From contig CP145877.1 of NCBI GenBank assembly GCA_045690015.1, positions 270,001-302,000 on the forward strand: DNA of 32,000 nucleotides, given 5' to 3'. A model generated the notes under the pieces. It made no database searches, had not been told where the DNA came from, and worked only from the letters and a program-made list of their open reading frames with translations. The position numbers and the translations under genes are program-made. This document shows positions 21,882-30,644 of this stretch, piece after piece. Each line of letters begins with the position of its first letter. The stretch's first letter is position 1. The DNA is from Candidatus Saccharimonadota bacterium (GTDB lineage: Bacteria; Pseudomonadota; Gammaproteobacteria; Enterobacterales; Enterobacteriaceae).

Positions 21882-23371
21882 AATCTATTGTAATTATTGC
21901 ACTGCCATTAATAGTGCTTTTTTTAACGTCAATAATTTTATTGATAGCTATTATAATATGGAGACGAAATAATCGTGTTTGTACAGTAGTTTCATTGATT
22001 GGTTTATCAATAGCTATTGTATCAATCATCGTTTATAAAGATACTAAACTAGAATTGGTGAGTACTTTATTATATATAGATAGTTATTCTTTATTTATTA
22101 GTACATTAGTATTATTAGCAAGCTTAATCACAACTATATTTACTTACTTATGGTTATGTTTTTCTGATTTAGCAGATCAAGGAGAAATTTTCTTATTAAT
22201 ATTAATTGCTACTTTAGGAGGAGTTTTACTTGCTAGTGCAAGTAATTTATCATCATTTCTTATTGGTATAGAATTGATAACGGTACCATTATTTGGTATA
22301 ACTGGTTATACTTATAATAAAATAATCTATCTAGAATCTAGTATAAAATATACTCTACTATCTGCACTGACTTCTTCATTTCTAATTTTTGGTATTGCAC
22401 TCATCTATGCACAAACTGGCTATTTGAATTATTCACAAATAAGTAGATTTATGAGTGAGGATGGTTTTTTACTACTACCACAACCGTTGCTCTTATTAGG
22501 TTTTGGACTAATGATGGTTAGTATAGGATTTAAATTATCTTTAGTACCCTTTCATCAGTGGACAGCTGATATATATCAAAAATCTCCTATTCCAGCTGTC
22601 ATGTTTTTAGCTACTAGTAGTAAAATTGCTATTTTTGGAGCTACAACTCGTTTATTAATCGATTTACATCTTCTAGATAATAAAGCTATTTATAGTTTAT
22701 TAAGTATAATGGCATTTATATCTATTTTAATTGGAAATTTAATTGCTATTTTTCAATTAAATATCAAAAGATTATTAGCATACTCTTCGATTTCTCATTT
22801 GGGTTATTTATGGATAGCATTAATTTGTGTACATACAAATAAGTATTTTTCATTAGAAACTATTAATATTTCTTTGGTTAGTTATTTATTGAGTAATTTA
22901 GGATTTTTTGGGATACTTTTATTAATATCTATTATATATCATAACCATGATTACATGGATAATATTGACTCTTATCCTTATAGGGGATTATTTTTACATC
23001 ATCCAATCTTGTCATTAGGTATGACTATAATGATACTATCCTTATGTGGTATCCCAATAACATTAGGTTTTATCAGTAAGTTTTACATTATTATTATGAG
23101 TATAATGTCTCATTCTTGGTGGTTAACTGTCTCACTTTTAATCGGTAGTATAATTGGAATTTATTATTATTTGCGAGTTATTGCATACTTATATTTGTCT
23201 TCGGTACAATCTCTAGAACCAGAGAACCTTGTTCTTTCATCACCACAATTTTATTGTATTTGGCATATTGGAGCGATATTAGTCTTTCTAATTGCAGTAT
23301 CTATTTGTATTTTAGGTATTTTCCCGCAATACATAATAAATATTGCAAAATTATCTAATAAAATAATATAA
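21878..23371 (+). CDS. nuoN: NADH-quinone oxidoreductase subunit N
   Basis: 497 aa polytopic membrane protein of the NuoN/ND2 type (GFKLSLVPFHQWTADIYQKSP.P...FLAT.SKIA.F; IKRLLAYSSISHLGY). ATGA overlap with the nuoM stop. It is the last gene of the nuo cluster. Confidence 0.93.
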   Translation: MKSIVIIALPLIVLFLTSIILLIAIIIWRRNNRVCTVVSLIGLSIAIVSIIVYKDTKLELVSTLLYIDSYSLFISTLVLLASLITTIFTYLWLCFSDLADQGEIFLLILIATLGGVLLASASNLSSFLIGIELITVPLFGITGYTYNKIIYLESSIKYTLLSALTSSFLIFGIALIYAQTGYLNYSQISRFMSEDGFLLLPQPLLLLGFGLMMVSIGFKLSLVPFHQWTADIYQKSPIPAVMFLATSSKIAIFGATTRLLIDLHLLDNKAIYSLLSIMAFISILIGNLIAIFQLNIKRLLAYSSISHLGYLWIALICVHTNKYFSLETINISLVSYLLSNLGFFGILLLISIIYHNHDYMDNIDSYPYRGLFLHHPILSLGMTIMILSLCGIPITLGFISKFYIIIMSIMSHSWWLTVSLLIGSIIGIYYYLRVIAYLYLSSVQSLEPENLVLSSPQFYCIWHIGAILVFLIAVSICILGIFPQYIINIAKLSNKII

Positions 23372-23408
23372 ATAATTAAGTTTCTTCAGAGAAAAGTAGA
23401 GCAGTTAT

Positions 23409-24539
23409 TTATAATTTAAAATCACATAAATCTTGTGGATTAACTTCAGCATCTATTTGACCAGTCAAGTAAGAAGTGGATTCAGATTCTTGAGGTGCAA
23501 CCTGTACATTATCGGATATTAACCAATAATTGATCCATGGAATTGGATTAGAATGTATTTTAAAAGGAATATCTAATTCTAAAGCTTGCATTCTGATATT
23601 AGTAATATACTCAATATATTGAAATAATATTTCCTGATTTAATCCTATCATTGCTCCATCTCGGAATAAATATTCCGCCCATTCTTTCTCTTGTTGGACA
23701 GCTCGTAAGAATAAATCATAACATTGTGATTGACATTCCTTCGTAATCTCAGCCATTTCCAAATCATCTTCTCCCGAATGCATAAGATTGATTAAATACT
23801 GCGTTCCAGTTAAATGTAATGCTTCATCACGTGCAATCAACCGAATAATTTTTGCATTGCCTTCCATCAATTCACGTTCAGCAAAAGCAAAAGAACAAGC
23901 AAAACTTACATAAAAACGAATGGCTTCTAGAACATTAACACTCATTAAGCAAAGGTAAAGTTGTTTTTTCAGGGTACGTAGATTAATGGTAATACTTTTG
24001 CCATTCACTTGATGTGTTCCCTCTCCTAAAAGATGCCAGTAACTAGTCATTCTAATAAGGTCATCATAATAAACCGAAATATCCTGAGCTCGCATTTTGA
24101 TATGTTCGTTCGTTATAATATCATCAAAAATGCGTCCTGGTTCATTAACAATATTACGAATAATATGAGTATAAGAACGAGAATGAATAGTCTCAGAAAA
24201 AGACCAAGTTTCAACCCAAGTTTCAAGCTCAGGTAATGATATCAATGGTAACAATGAGACATTAGGACTACGTCCCTGAATTGAATCTAGTAAAGTCTGA
24301 TATTTCAGATTACTGATAAAAATATGCTTTTCATGCTCAGGTAATTTCATGAAATCAATTCTATCTTTTGATAAATCGATTTCTTCAGGACGCCAGAAGA
24401 ATGATAGCTGTTTTTCAATTAATTTTTCAAAAAAAGAATATTTTTGTTGATCATAACGAGCTATATTTACTGGTTGTCCAAAAAATAGGGGTTCTTTAAG
24501 CTGATCATTTTTTTTTTGAGAAAAAGTAGTATAAGTCAT
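23409..24539 (-). CDS. nrdB: Ribonucleoside-diphosphate reductase class Ia, beta subunit
   Basis: 376 aa, nearly collinear with E. coli NrdB from [32 protein letters not shown] to the C-terminal F.L, including the iron ligand and tyrosyl radical regions ([15 protein letters not shown]-type [15 protein letters not shown]; [13 protein letters not shown]). Confidence 0.98.
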   Translation of the reverse strand: MTYTTFSQKKNDQLKEPLFFGQPVNIARYDQQKYSFFEKLIEKQLSFFWRPEEIDLSKDRIDFMKLPEHEKHIFISNLKYQTLLDSIQGRSPNVSLLPLISLPELETWVETWSFSETIHSRSYTHIIRNIVNEPGRIFDDIITNEHIKMRAQDISVYYDDLIRMTSYWHLLGEGTHQVNGKSITINLRTLKKQLYLCLMSVNVLEAIRFYVSFACSFAFAERELMEGNAKIIRLIARDEALHLTGTQYLINLMHSGEDDLEMAEITKECQSQCYDLFLRAVQQEKEWAEYLFRDGAMIGLNQEILFQYIEYITNIRMQALELDIPFKIHSNPIPWINYWLISDNVQVAPQESESTSYLTGQIDAEVNPQDLCDFKL

Positions 24540-24592
24540 ACTATGAATCCTTCATAAATCGACTTGGAAAAATAAAAAAAAATTAAATTTAC

Positions 24593-26932
24593 TTACAACT
24601 TACAAGCTCCACTGTCGCAGTTATTATTAGCGTTATCATCATAGACAACCTGCTCTTGTAACAAGCTCTCACCCTTATTAGGTAGGTTATTGGGAATCTG
24701 TAAATGTACGTAGTCTGATGCTCTATCTCGTGTGTTATGATAATATAAAGTTTTTATTCCAAGGGTCCAAGCTGTAATTAGATCTTTAAGTAACTGTTTC
24801 ATTGGTAATTTTCCCGATGAAAAACTTTCTGGATCATAACTGGTATTAGCAGAAATCGATTGATCAATAAATTTTTGCATTAAACCAACTAATTGTAAAT
24901 AACCCTCATTGCTTGGCATTTCCCACAATAATTCATATGCTGTTTTTAGTTTTTTATAATCGGGTACCACTTGACGAAAAATGCCAGATTTTGAAGTTTT
25001 AATGCTAATATAACCTCGTGGTGGTTCAATACCATTAGTAGCGTTAGATATTTGCGAAGAAGTTTCTGAAGGCATTAATGCTGAAAGTGTAGAATTACGT
25101 AATCCATACTTTTTAATATTAATTCTTAATGTTTCCCAATCGTAATGTAATGGTTCAATAACAAGGGCATCTAACTCTTTTTTATAAGTATCAATAGGTA
25201 GAATACCTTGAGCATAAGTAGTTTCATTAAAACGAGGACATGCACCTTGTTCTTGTGCTAATTCATTTGAGGCTTTGAGTAAATAATATTGAATAGCTTC
25301 AAAAGTTTTATGTGTAAGATTATTAGCACTACCATCAGAATATCGAACACCATTTTTAGCTAAATAATAAGCAAAATTAATGACGCCAATTCCTAAAGGT
25401 CGACGACCTATTGCTCCGCGTTTTGCAGCAATAATAGGGTAATTTTGATAATCTAATAGAGCATCTAGTGCTCTAACACTCAATGCAGCAAGTTCTTCCA
25501 ATTCGTCCAGGTTATTTATAATACCTAAATTAAAAGCACAAAGAGTACAAACAGCAATTTCTCCTTGATTATCATTTAGGTGTGTTAATGGAGTAGTAGG
25601 TAATGCTATTTCTAAGCATAGATTTGATTGTCGTACAGGTGCTATATATGAATTAAAAGCACTATGTGTATTACAATGATCAACATTCTGTATATAAATT
25701 CTACCGGTTGAGGCTCTTTCTTGCATCATTAAAGAGAAAAGTTCTACGGCTTTTATGCGTTTTTTTCGAATAGAATCATCTTGTTCATACATCAGATATA
25801 ATCTTTTAAATTCATTTTGATCGGCAAAAAACGCATCATATAGACCGCGAACATCAGAAGGACTAAATAGAGTAATATCTTCTCCGTTAATCAGGCGTTG
25901 ATACATTAATTTGTTGAGCTGTACAGCATAATCCATATGGCGAACGCGATTTCCTTCAACACCTCGATTATTTTTCAGAACTAGTAGATCTTCTACTTCC
26001 AAGTGCCATAAAGGATAAAATAAAGTAGCAGCACCTCCTCTTATCCCTCCTTGTGAACATGATTTTACAGCGGATTGAAAATGTTTATAAAATGGAATAC
26101 AACCTGTATGATATGCCTCCCCTCCTCGAATTGGACTACCTAATGCTCTAATACGTCCCGCATTAATTCCAATTCCAGCTCGTTGAGAAATATACTTTAC
26201 AATTGCACTGGCAGTAGCATTAATAGAATCTAAGCTATCATCGCATTCAATTAACACACAAGAACTAAATTGTCTAGTAGGGGTACGCACACCTGCCAAA
26301 ATTGGAGTGGGTATAGATATTTTAAAAGTGGATATGGCATTATAAAAGCGTTTTATATAATCTGTACGTATAGTACGAGGATAGCTCGAAAATAAACAAG
26401 CTGCTACCAATATGTATATGAATTGAGCACTTTCGTATATTTCACCACTAACACGGTTTTGTACTAAATATTTGCTTTCTAATTGTTTTACAGCAGCATA
26501 TGAAAAATTCATATCTCGCCAATGATCAATAAAACTATCCATTTCTTCGAATTCTTCTTTCGTATAGTATTTTAATAAATCAGGGTCATACATACCCATC
26601 TTAACCATACGTGTAACCTGATCATATAGTTTAGGTGGTTGAAATTCTCCATAAGCTTTTTTGCGCAAATAAAGAATAGCTAAACGGGCTGCTAGATATT
26701 GATAATCTGATTTTTCACTACAAATAAGATCTGCCGCAGCTTTAATGATAATCTGATGAATCTCAGATGTTTTAATGCCATTATAAAACTGGATATGAGA
26801 ACGCAATTCCACTTGAGATATAGAAATATTGTGTAATCCTTCAGAAGCCCATAAAATAACCCTCTGGATCTTTTCTAAATTCAAACGTTCGGAACAACCA
26901 TCGCGTTTAATGACAAGCCAACTTTGATTCAT
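24593..26932 (-). CDS. nrdA: Ribonucleoside-diphosphate reductase class Ia, alpha subunit
   Basis: 779 aa with an N-terminal ATP-cone (VIKRDG..E..NL.KI), the catalytic-core motif SNLCLEIALPT and the C-terminal redox pair C.SGAC. It lies immediately upstream of nrdB on the same strand. Confidence 0.97.
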   Translation of the reverse strand: MNQSWLVIKRDGCSERLNLEKIQRVILWASEGLHNISISQVELRSHIQFYNGIKTSEIHQIIIKAAADLICSEKSDYQYLAARLAILYLRKKAYGEFQPPKLYDQVTRMVKMGMYDPDLLKYYTKEEFEEMDSFIDHWRDMNFSYAAVKQLESKYLVQNRVSGEIYESAQFIYILVAACLFSSYPRTIRTDYIKRFYNAISTFKISIPTPILAGVRTPTRQFSSCVLIECDDSLDSINATASAIVKYISQRAGIGINAGRIRALGSPIRGGEAYHTGCIPFYKHFQSAVKSCSQGGIRGGAATLFYPLWHLEVEDLLVLKNNRGVEGNRVRHMDYAVQLNKLMYQRLINGEDITLFSPSDVRGLYDAFFADQNEFKRLYLMYEQDDSIRKKRIKAVELFSLMMQERASTGRIYIQNVDHCNTHSAFNSYIAPVRQSNLCLEIALPTTPLTHLNDNQGEIAVCTLCAFNLGIINNLDELEELAALSVRALDALLDYQNYPIIAAKRGAIGRRPLGIGVINFAYYLAKNGVRYSDGSANNLTHKTFEAIQYYLLKASNELAQEQGACPRFNETTYAQGILPIDTYKKELDALVIEPLHYDWETLRINIKKYGLRNSTLSALMPSETSSQISNATNGIEPPRGYISIKTSKSGIFRQVVPDYKKLKTAYELLWEMPSNEGYLQLVGLMQKFIDQSISANTSYDPESFSSGKLPMKQLLKDLITAWTLGIKTLYYHNTRDRASDYVHLQIPNNLPNKGESLLQEQVVYDDNANNNCDSGACKL

Positions 26933-27109
26933 ATTGCGTTTACCTATCAGGAAAGAGTTAAATTATAATTTTTTAGTATTTTAATAGAGGAGTGATATTT
27001 ACTCGCTCTTTCTAACTGATAAAAAAACATTAAAGTTTATTAATATAAGTAAAGTATAAATTAGTATTTTAATCTGTTCTAAATACTATACAAGTATTAA
27101 TTTTATTAT

Positions 27110-27814
27110 TTAATCATAATAGAGATAGTAGTGTCGATTTGGCTTGAGTTGATCTGTGTCAAATTCATACACTAATGGAATAGCAGTCGGTATATTTAAA
27201 TCAATAATTTCAGTTGGACTCATATTATCGAGATATTTTATAAGAACGCGTAAGGAATTCCCATGAGCAACAATAATAATACTATGACCACTTTTGACCA
27301 GCGGTAAAATCACATCTCTCCAATAAGTAATAACTCTTTTACCAGTTAATAAAAGATTTTCTGTCAATGGTAATTCCTCTCTTTTTAAATTAGAATACCT
27401 CATATCATTAGCAGAAAATCTTGTATCATTTATAGTTAGTGCAGGAGGAGTTGCATACATATCACGACGCCATTGTAGAATTTTATCTGGTCCATATTTC
27501 TTAGCCATTTTTAATTTGTTCATCCCTTGCAAGGCCCCATAGTGTCTTTCATTTAATTTCCAAGATTTGGTTACTGGTAACCAGCTTTGTTCCAGTTCAT
27601 CAAGAACAATCCATAAAGTATGAATTGCACGTTTTAGTACTGAGGTAAAAGCATAATTAAAAAACCACCCTTCTCTTTTTAACAATTGGCCAGCAGATTT
27701 AGCTTCGGTTTTTCCTTTTCTAGATAAGTCTATATCAGACCAACCAGTAAATCGATTTTCTTTATTCCATTTACTTTCTCCATGACGTAACAATACTATT
27801 TTATTTATAGGCAT
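27110..27814 (-). CDS. gpmA: 2,3-bisphosphoglycerate-dependent phosphoglycerate mutase
   Basis: 234 aa. [68 protein letters not shown] and AHGNSLR.L.KYLDNMS..EI..LNIPT..PLVYEFD match E. coli GpmA. The C-terminal tail is about 16 aa shorter. Confidence 0.96.
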   Translation of the reverse strand: MPINKIVLLRHGESKWNKENRFTGWSDIDLSRKGKTEAKSAGQLLKREGWFFNYAFTSVLKRAIHTLWIVLDELEQSWLPVTKSWKLNERHYGALQGMNKLKMAKKYGPDKILQWRRDMYATPPALTINDTRFSANDMRYSNLKREELPLTENLLLTGKRVITYWRDVILPLVKSGHSIIIVAHGNSLRVLIKYLDNMSPTEIIDLNIPTAIPLVYEFDTDQLKPNRHYYLYYD

Positions 27815-27874
27815 TTTCTGATCCTTTTATATAGATAGTAAAGATGATTATAGTAATAAATATAAAGCAGTAAG

Positions 27875-27901
27875 ATCAAAAAATAACATGTATTTTTTGA
27901 T
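27875..27901. repeat. Perfect 11-bp inverted repeat with a 5-nt spacer (atcaaaaaata-acatg-tattttttgat) upstream of gpmA
   Basis: Read directly: 27875-27885 is the reverse complement of 27891-27901. It lies 61-87 nt upstream of the gpmA start codon and just downstream of the clsB remnant. The stem is almost all A/T, so function (operator, relic terminator or chance) is open. Confidence 0.35.
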
Positions 27902-27949
27902 GATTTTTAACTAAAGTTAAGAGCTTTTAATTTTTTTTATTTTACAAAA

Positions 27950-28800
27950 AAATCACGTAGATCTTCTAATCCTCTACTTCTAACATTTATTGAATGGAAT
28001 GACTATGGTTTATTTCTAGGATTTAGCATTGTATTCTGGGTTATTTATATGATGGTTTGCTTAACTTCAGCTTAGGAAAATAAAGTAGTAATTTTAGTTA
28101 TTTGCAAGTAGTGTCTTTCAGACAATGCTTTTTTCTCGATTTTAACACAATCCTTCATAATCTGGTTCCGATTTTTGCGAAGAATCTATCCGTTTTATCT
28201 TATACAAACAATTAATTTAATTTTTACACCTCTGTGTGCTGCAGTTCGCATACTATATACAATACGATAATCAGAACCGAACCAGGTCTGGTATGATGCA
28301 TTAGCATAGCAATAATTACTTCATGTTGAGCTTCTTGTAGCATAGTAATAGAATTTTATTCTACATCATCAACTCTGGGCTCGGTTTTTTCTACTGCATA
28401 GTCTTGTCTAGCACTAGCAGTTGGTCCAGAATTAGTTAATGCTCTACGGAAAAATTGATATGACCAAGAAAAGCAATTTATTTATCTGTGGTTAGTGTTT
28501 TACGATGTAAACGTCTGAAAATATTTAGATATCTCCCAAGTATTCGATAGCAGGGATTATAATATATAAAATGTACACCAGACTGAGTCAATTATTGAAT
28601 AAAACGATTAGAAAGTTTGGAGGAACTAACCGTAACCGTCTGTTCTGTCTAGCATAATTTTTATTTATATATATATGATATGACAATGACGTTGGGCTGC
28701 TTCTTCTAACAATAGCTTATATGGTTGTATAGAATAGCCACTTCATCTTCAAAGAGAAGAAAGGTTTCTAGTAATACCCTATACCCTACTAATTTTGGCT
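27950..28800 (-). pseudogene. clsB: Decayed cardiolipin synthase B (PLD-family, ClsB/YbhO) pseudogene
   Basis: No ORF of 60 aa or more in about 1 kb. Minus-strand translation gives fragments collinear with E. coli ClsB in at least 3 frames. RVLLETFLLFEDEV (28780-28739) matches RIILETFIWFEDDV. AAQR (28700-28689) matches AAAQRGV. RLHRKTLTTDK*IAFLGHINFSVEH* (28513-28436) matches RMHRKIVVIDARIAFIGGLNYSAEH (HKD motif 1, with TAA stops at 28480-28478 and 28438-28436). RQDYAVE (around 28406-28392) matches KQDYAV. AQHEVIIA (ending at 28308) plus PGSDYRIVYSMRTAAHRGVKIKLIV (ending at 28207) matches ARREVIIANAYFFPGYRFLHALRKAARRGVRIKLII. Further stops lie at 28708-28706 and 28358-28356. There are internal deletions, and the N-terminal ~25 codons are missing or overlapped by the neighbouring gene. 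End coordinates are approximate. Confidence 0.8.
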
Positions 28801-28809
28801 CTGTTTAGA

Positions 28810-29388
28810 TTATTTCGGAGGACTCCAAGGCCATTTTTTATCTAATAAGAATTTACGTGCTAACCAAATTATAAAAATAGCAATAATAAACAGAAATAGA
28901 TATTTTCTATGTTGATCTAACTTAGATAACCAAGGCATAATCATTATTCCTCCTACATAACCTAAAGTTACAAATATAAATGACCACAATAAGGCCCCCA
29001 TCAGGTTAAATATAAAAAAAATTAAGGGAGAAATTTTGCTAGCACCAATAATAATTGGACCTACAATACGAAATCCATAAATAAATCTTACTCCGATAAC
29101 AAACCATATTGGATTTTTACAGATCATATGTTGAACATAGATTATTCTTTTTTGATTTTTAAATATTTTAAAGAAACGATTACTAAAATAATAACCTAAT
29201 AGAAAAAGTAATTGATCTCCAAGTGCTCCTCCAAGCATAGCTACTAGCAGTACTGCTTCATAATCCAATAACCCTTCTTGTGCTGCTATTCCACTTAAGA
29301 TAATTATAGTTTCACCTTCCGTTATACATCCAACAAAAATAGCCCAATAACCATATTGGTTAATCATAGTATTAATATCAATATGCAA
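28810..29388 (-). CDS. yohD: DedA-family inner membrane protein (YohD-like)
   Basis: 192 aa, the same length as E. coli YohD. The N-terminal YGYWAIFVGCITEGETIIILSGIAAQEGLL, GGALGDQLLF and GVRFIYGFRIVGPIIIGASK are DedA/SNARE-associated family motifs and fit the short YohD subtype better than DedA/YqjA/YghB. The subtype call rests on recalled sequence and is less certain than the family call. Confidence 0.65.
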   Translation of the reverse strand: MHIDINTMINQYGYWAIFVGCITEGETIIILSGIAAQEGLLDYEAVLLVAMLGGALGDQLLFLLGYYFSNRFFKIFKNQKRIIYVQHMICKNPIWFVIGVRFIYGFRIVGPIIIGASKISPLIFFIFNLMGALLWSFIFVTLGYVGGIMIMPWLSKLDQHRKYLFLFIIAIFIIWLARKFLLDKKWPWSPPK

Positions 29389-29726
29389 TATATTTTCCTT
29401 CCTACTCTTCTTCTACTATTGCTGTTATCATCTTATGGTTGACTAATAGTTAGTAAGACTACTATTAGAAGAGTATCTTTATGTAGATACTGAATCTTTA
29501 CAATAAGTATATTTTAGCAAGTGAAATTGATAAGTAGACTTATTTTTAACTAAATAAGGAAGTTAAAAATGGTTAATACCAAAATTTACATGTATGTGGT
29601 GCTGAAATCAATGAAGTGCTATTTACTGCAGGTATGTAACAATTGAAAATGATAAAGAGTAAAAATCTACTGTTGGTTTTGTAGTTAATGAAATGATCCA
29701 AATAAATAAGTGAGTTAGTGAATCAA

Positions 29727-30587
29727 CTAACTATTACTAGCCATTTCACATGCTTTAAGTGTATTTTGCAATAAAGTAGTAACAGTCATCGGGCCTACAC
29801 CTCCAGGTACTGGAGTAATCCAAGCAGCTCTCTGTATAGCTTGTTCGAAATTAACATCACCGACTATTTTTCCATTTTGTAAACGATTTATACCAACATC
29901 AATTACTATTGCTCCTGGTTTTATCCATTCACCACAAATGAAATAGGGTTTTCCAATGGCTACAATTAACAGATCAGCGGTTTCTATATACTGAGGAATA
30001 TTTTTACTAAGGCTATGAATAACAGTGATAGTACATCCAAGTAATAATAATTCCATAATCATTGGGCGACCCACAATGTTAGATGTTCCTATAATCACTG
30101 CATGAAGTCCATAAGTAGTTATAAGATTATAATTTTTAAGTAAGGTAATTATACCATATGGAGTACAAGGTCGTAGTATTGGTGCTTGAAGACAAAGTCG
30201 ACCTACATTATAAGGATGAAAACCATCCACATCTTTAGATGGTAGAATTTTTTCTAGTAATTTAATCTTATTAAATTTTGTAGGTAAAGGAAGTTGAAGT
30301 AAAATCCCATCATAGGATGAATCATAGTTTAATTGCTCTATTAGAGCTATTAATTCCACTTCTGAAGTACTCATAGGTAAGTTATAATAGAAGGATGTAA
30401 AACCCACTTTTTCACAAGCTCGACGTTTACTATTTACATAAATATTAGAAATTGGATTATTACCAATATTTATCATTGCTAATCCTGGAGGTCGTTTTCC
30501 GGTTTTTAGTCTAAGATGTACTTTTGAATGTATGTCTTTTTGTATCTGTTGTGCAATAATTTTACCATTAATAAGATTTGCTACCAT
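29727..30587 (-). CDS. folD: Bifunctional methylenetetrahydrofolate dehydrogenase (NADP+) / methenyl-THF cyclohydrolase
   Basis: 286 aa. [83 protein letters not shown] and [21 protein letters not shown] are collinear with E. coli FolD. Confidence 0.97.
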   Translation of the reverse strand: MVANLINGKIIAQQIQKDIHSKVHLRLKTGKRPPGLAMINIGNNPISNIYVNSKRRACEKVGFTSFYYNLPMSTSEVELIALIEQLNYDSSYDGILLQLPLPTKFNKIKLLEKILPSKDVDGFHPYNVGRLCLQAPILRPCTPYGIITLLKNYNLITTYGLHAVIIGTSNIVGRPMIMELLLLGCTITVIHSLSKNIPQYIETADLLIVAIGKPYFICGEWIKPGAIVIDVGINRLQNGKIVGDVNFEQAIQRAAWITPVPGGVGPMTVTTLLQNTLKACEMASNS

Positions 30588-30602
30588 GATAGTTAATAAT
30601 AT

Positions 30603-30611
30603 TGATATAAT
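30603..30611 (+). promoter_or_regulatory. Candidate extended -10 promoter (upstream copy) facing tRNA-Arg/lgt
   Basis: The plus strand reads TGATATAAT and is part of direct repeat copy A. It is the first of two identical plus-strand elements. Confidence 0.3.
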
Positions 30612-30619
30612 ATAAGAAC

Positions 30620-30628
30620 ATTATATCA
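30620..30628 (-). promoter_or_regulatory. Candidate extended -10 promoter (TGnTATAAT) for folD
   Basis: The minus strand reads TGATATAAT, a perfect extended -10 consensus, 33-41 nt upstream of the folD ATG (30587). Motif-only prediction in AT-rich DNA. Confidence 0.4.
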
Positions 30629-30635
30629 ATAATAT

Positions 30636-30644
30636 TGATATAAT
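30636..30644 (+). promoter_or_regulatory. Candidate extended -10 promoter for tRNA-Arg(UCU) (and possibly lgt-thyA)
   Basis: The plus strand reads TGATATAAT and ends 16 nt before the mature tRNA 5' end (30661). The spacing fits a short leader removed by RNase P. Confidence 0.45.

Noticed and set aside
1173-24236. Short ORFs from the track lying inside or antisense to the large genes: 1173-1418(-), 2091-2279(-), 7691-7888(+), 9166-9402(-), 10163-10351(-), 12344-12583(-), 12919-13197(-), 14734-15087(-), 16049-16336(-), 17618-17821(+), 17660-17905(-), 21847-22029(-), 24033-24236(+).
   Set aside because: Each is wholly embedded in a CDS with strong, full-length homology on the other strand or frame. 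Their translations are low-complexity (I/N/K/F-rich) with no recognisable motifs. Such shadow ORFs are expected by chance in AT-rich coding DNA.
26973-27073. A 13-bp direct repeat ttagtattttaat (26973-26985 and 27061-27073) and an aatac-N7-gtatt mini-palindrome (around 27082-27098) upstream of nrdA, considered as NrdR or DnaA-type operator sites.
   Set aside because: Neither resembles the NrdR box or DnaA box consensus as I recall them. A rough estimate suggests one 13-mer A/T-rich coincidence in a ~180-nt A/T-rich spacer is not very improbable. No further symmetry supports a binding site.
27841-27859. Fur-box-like AT-rich sequence (aagatgattatagtaataa) just upstream of gpmA, a Fur-regulated gene in E. 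coli.
   Set aside because: It matches the GATAAT hexamer array only partially. Such matches are common in DNA of this composition, and I cannot tell whether fur exists in this genome.
29542-29646. A 25-codon plus-strand ORF (MVNTKIYMYVVLKSMKCYLLQVCNN, 29569-29646). It is preceded by AGGAAG at SD distance, and a 9-bp hairpin (atttttaac/gttaaaaat) would occlude the SD and start codon.
   Set aside because: It lies antisense to the local transcription direction between two minus-strand genes. It has no recognisable peptide family, the stem is all A/T, and ORFs of this size arise by chance. I kept it only as a note under the 29389-29726 spacer finding.
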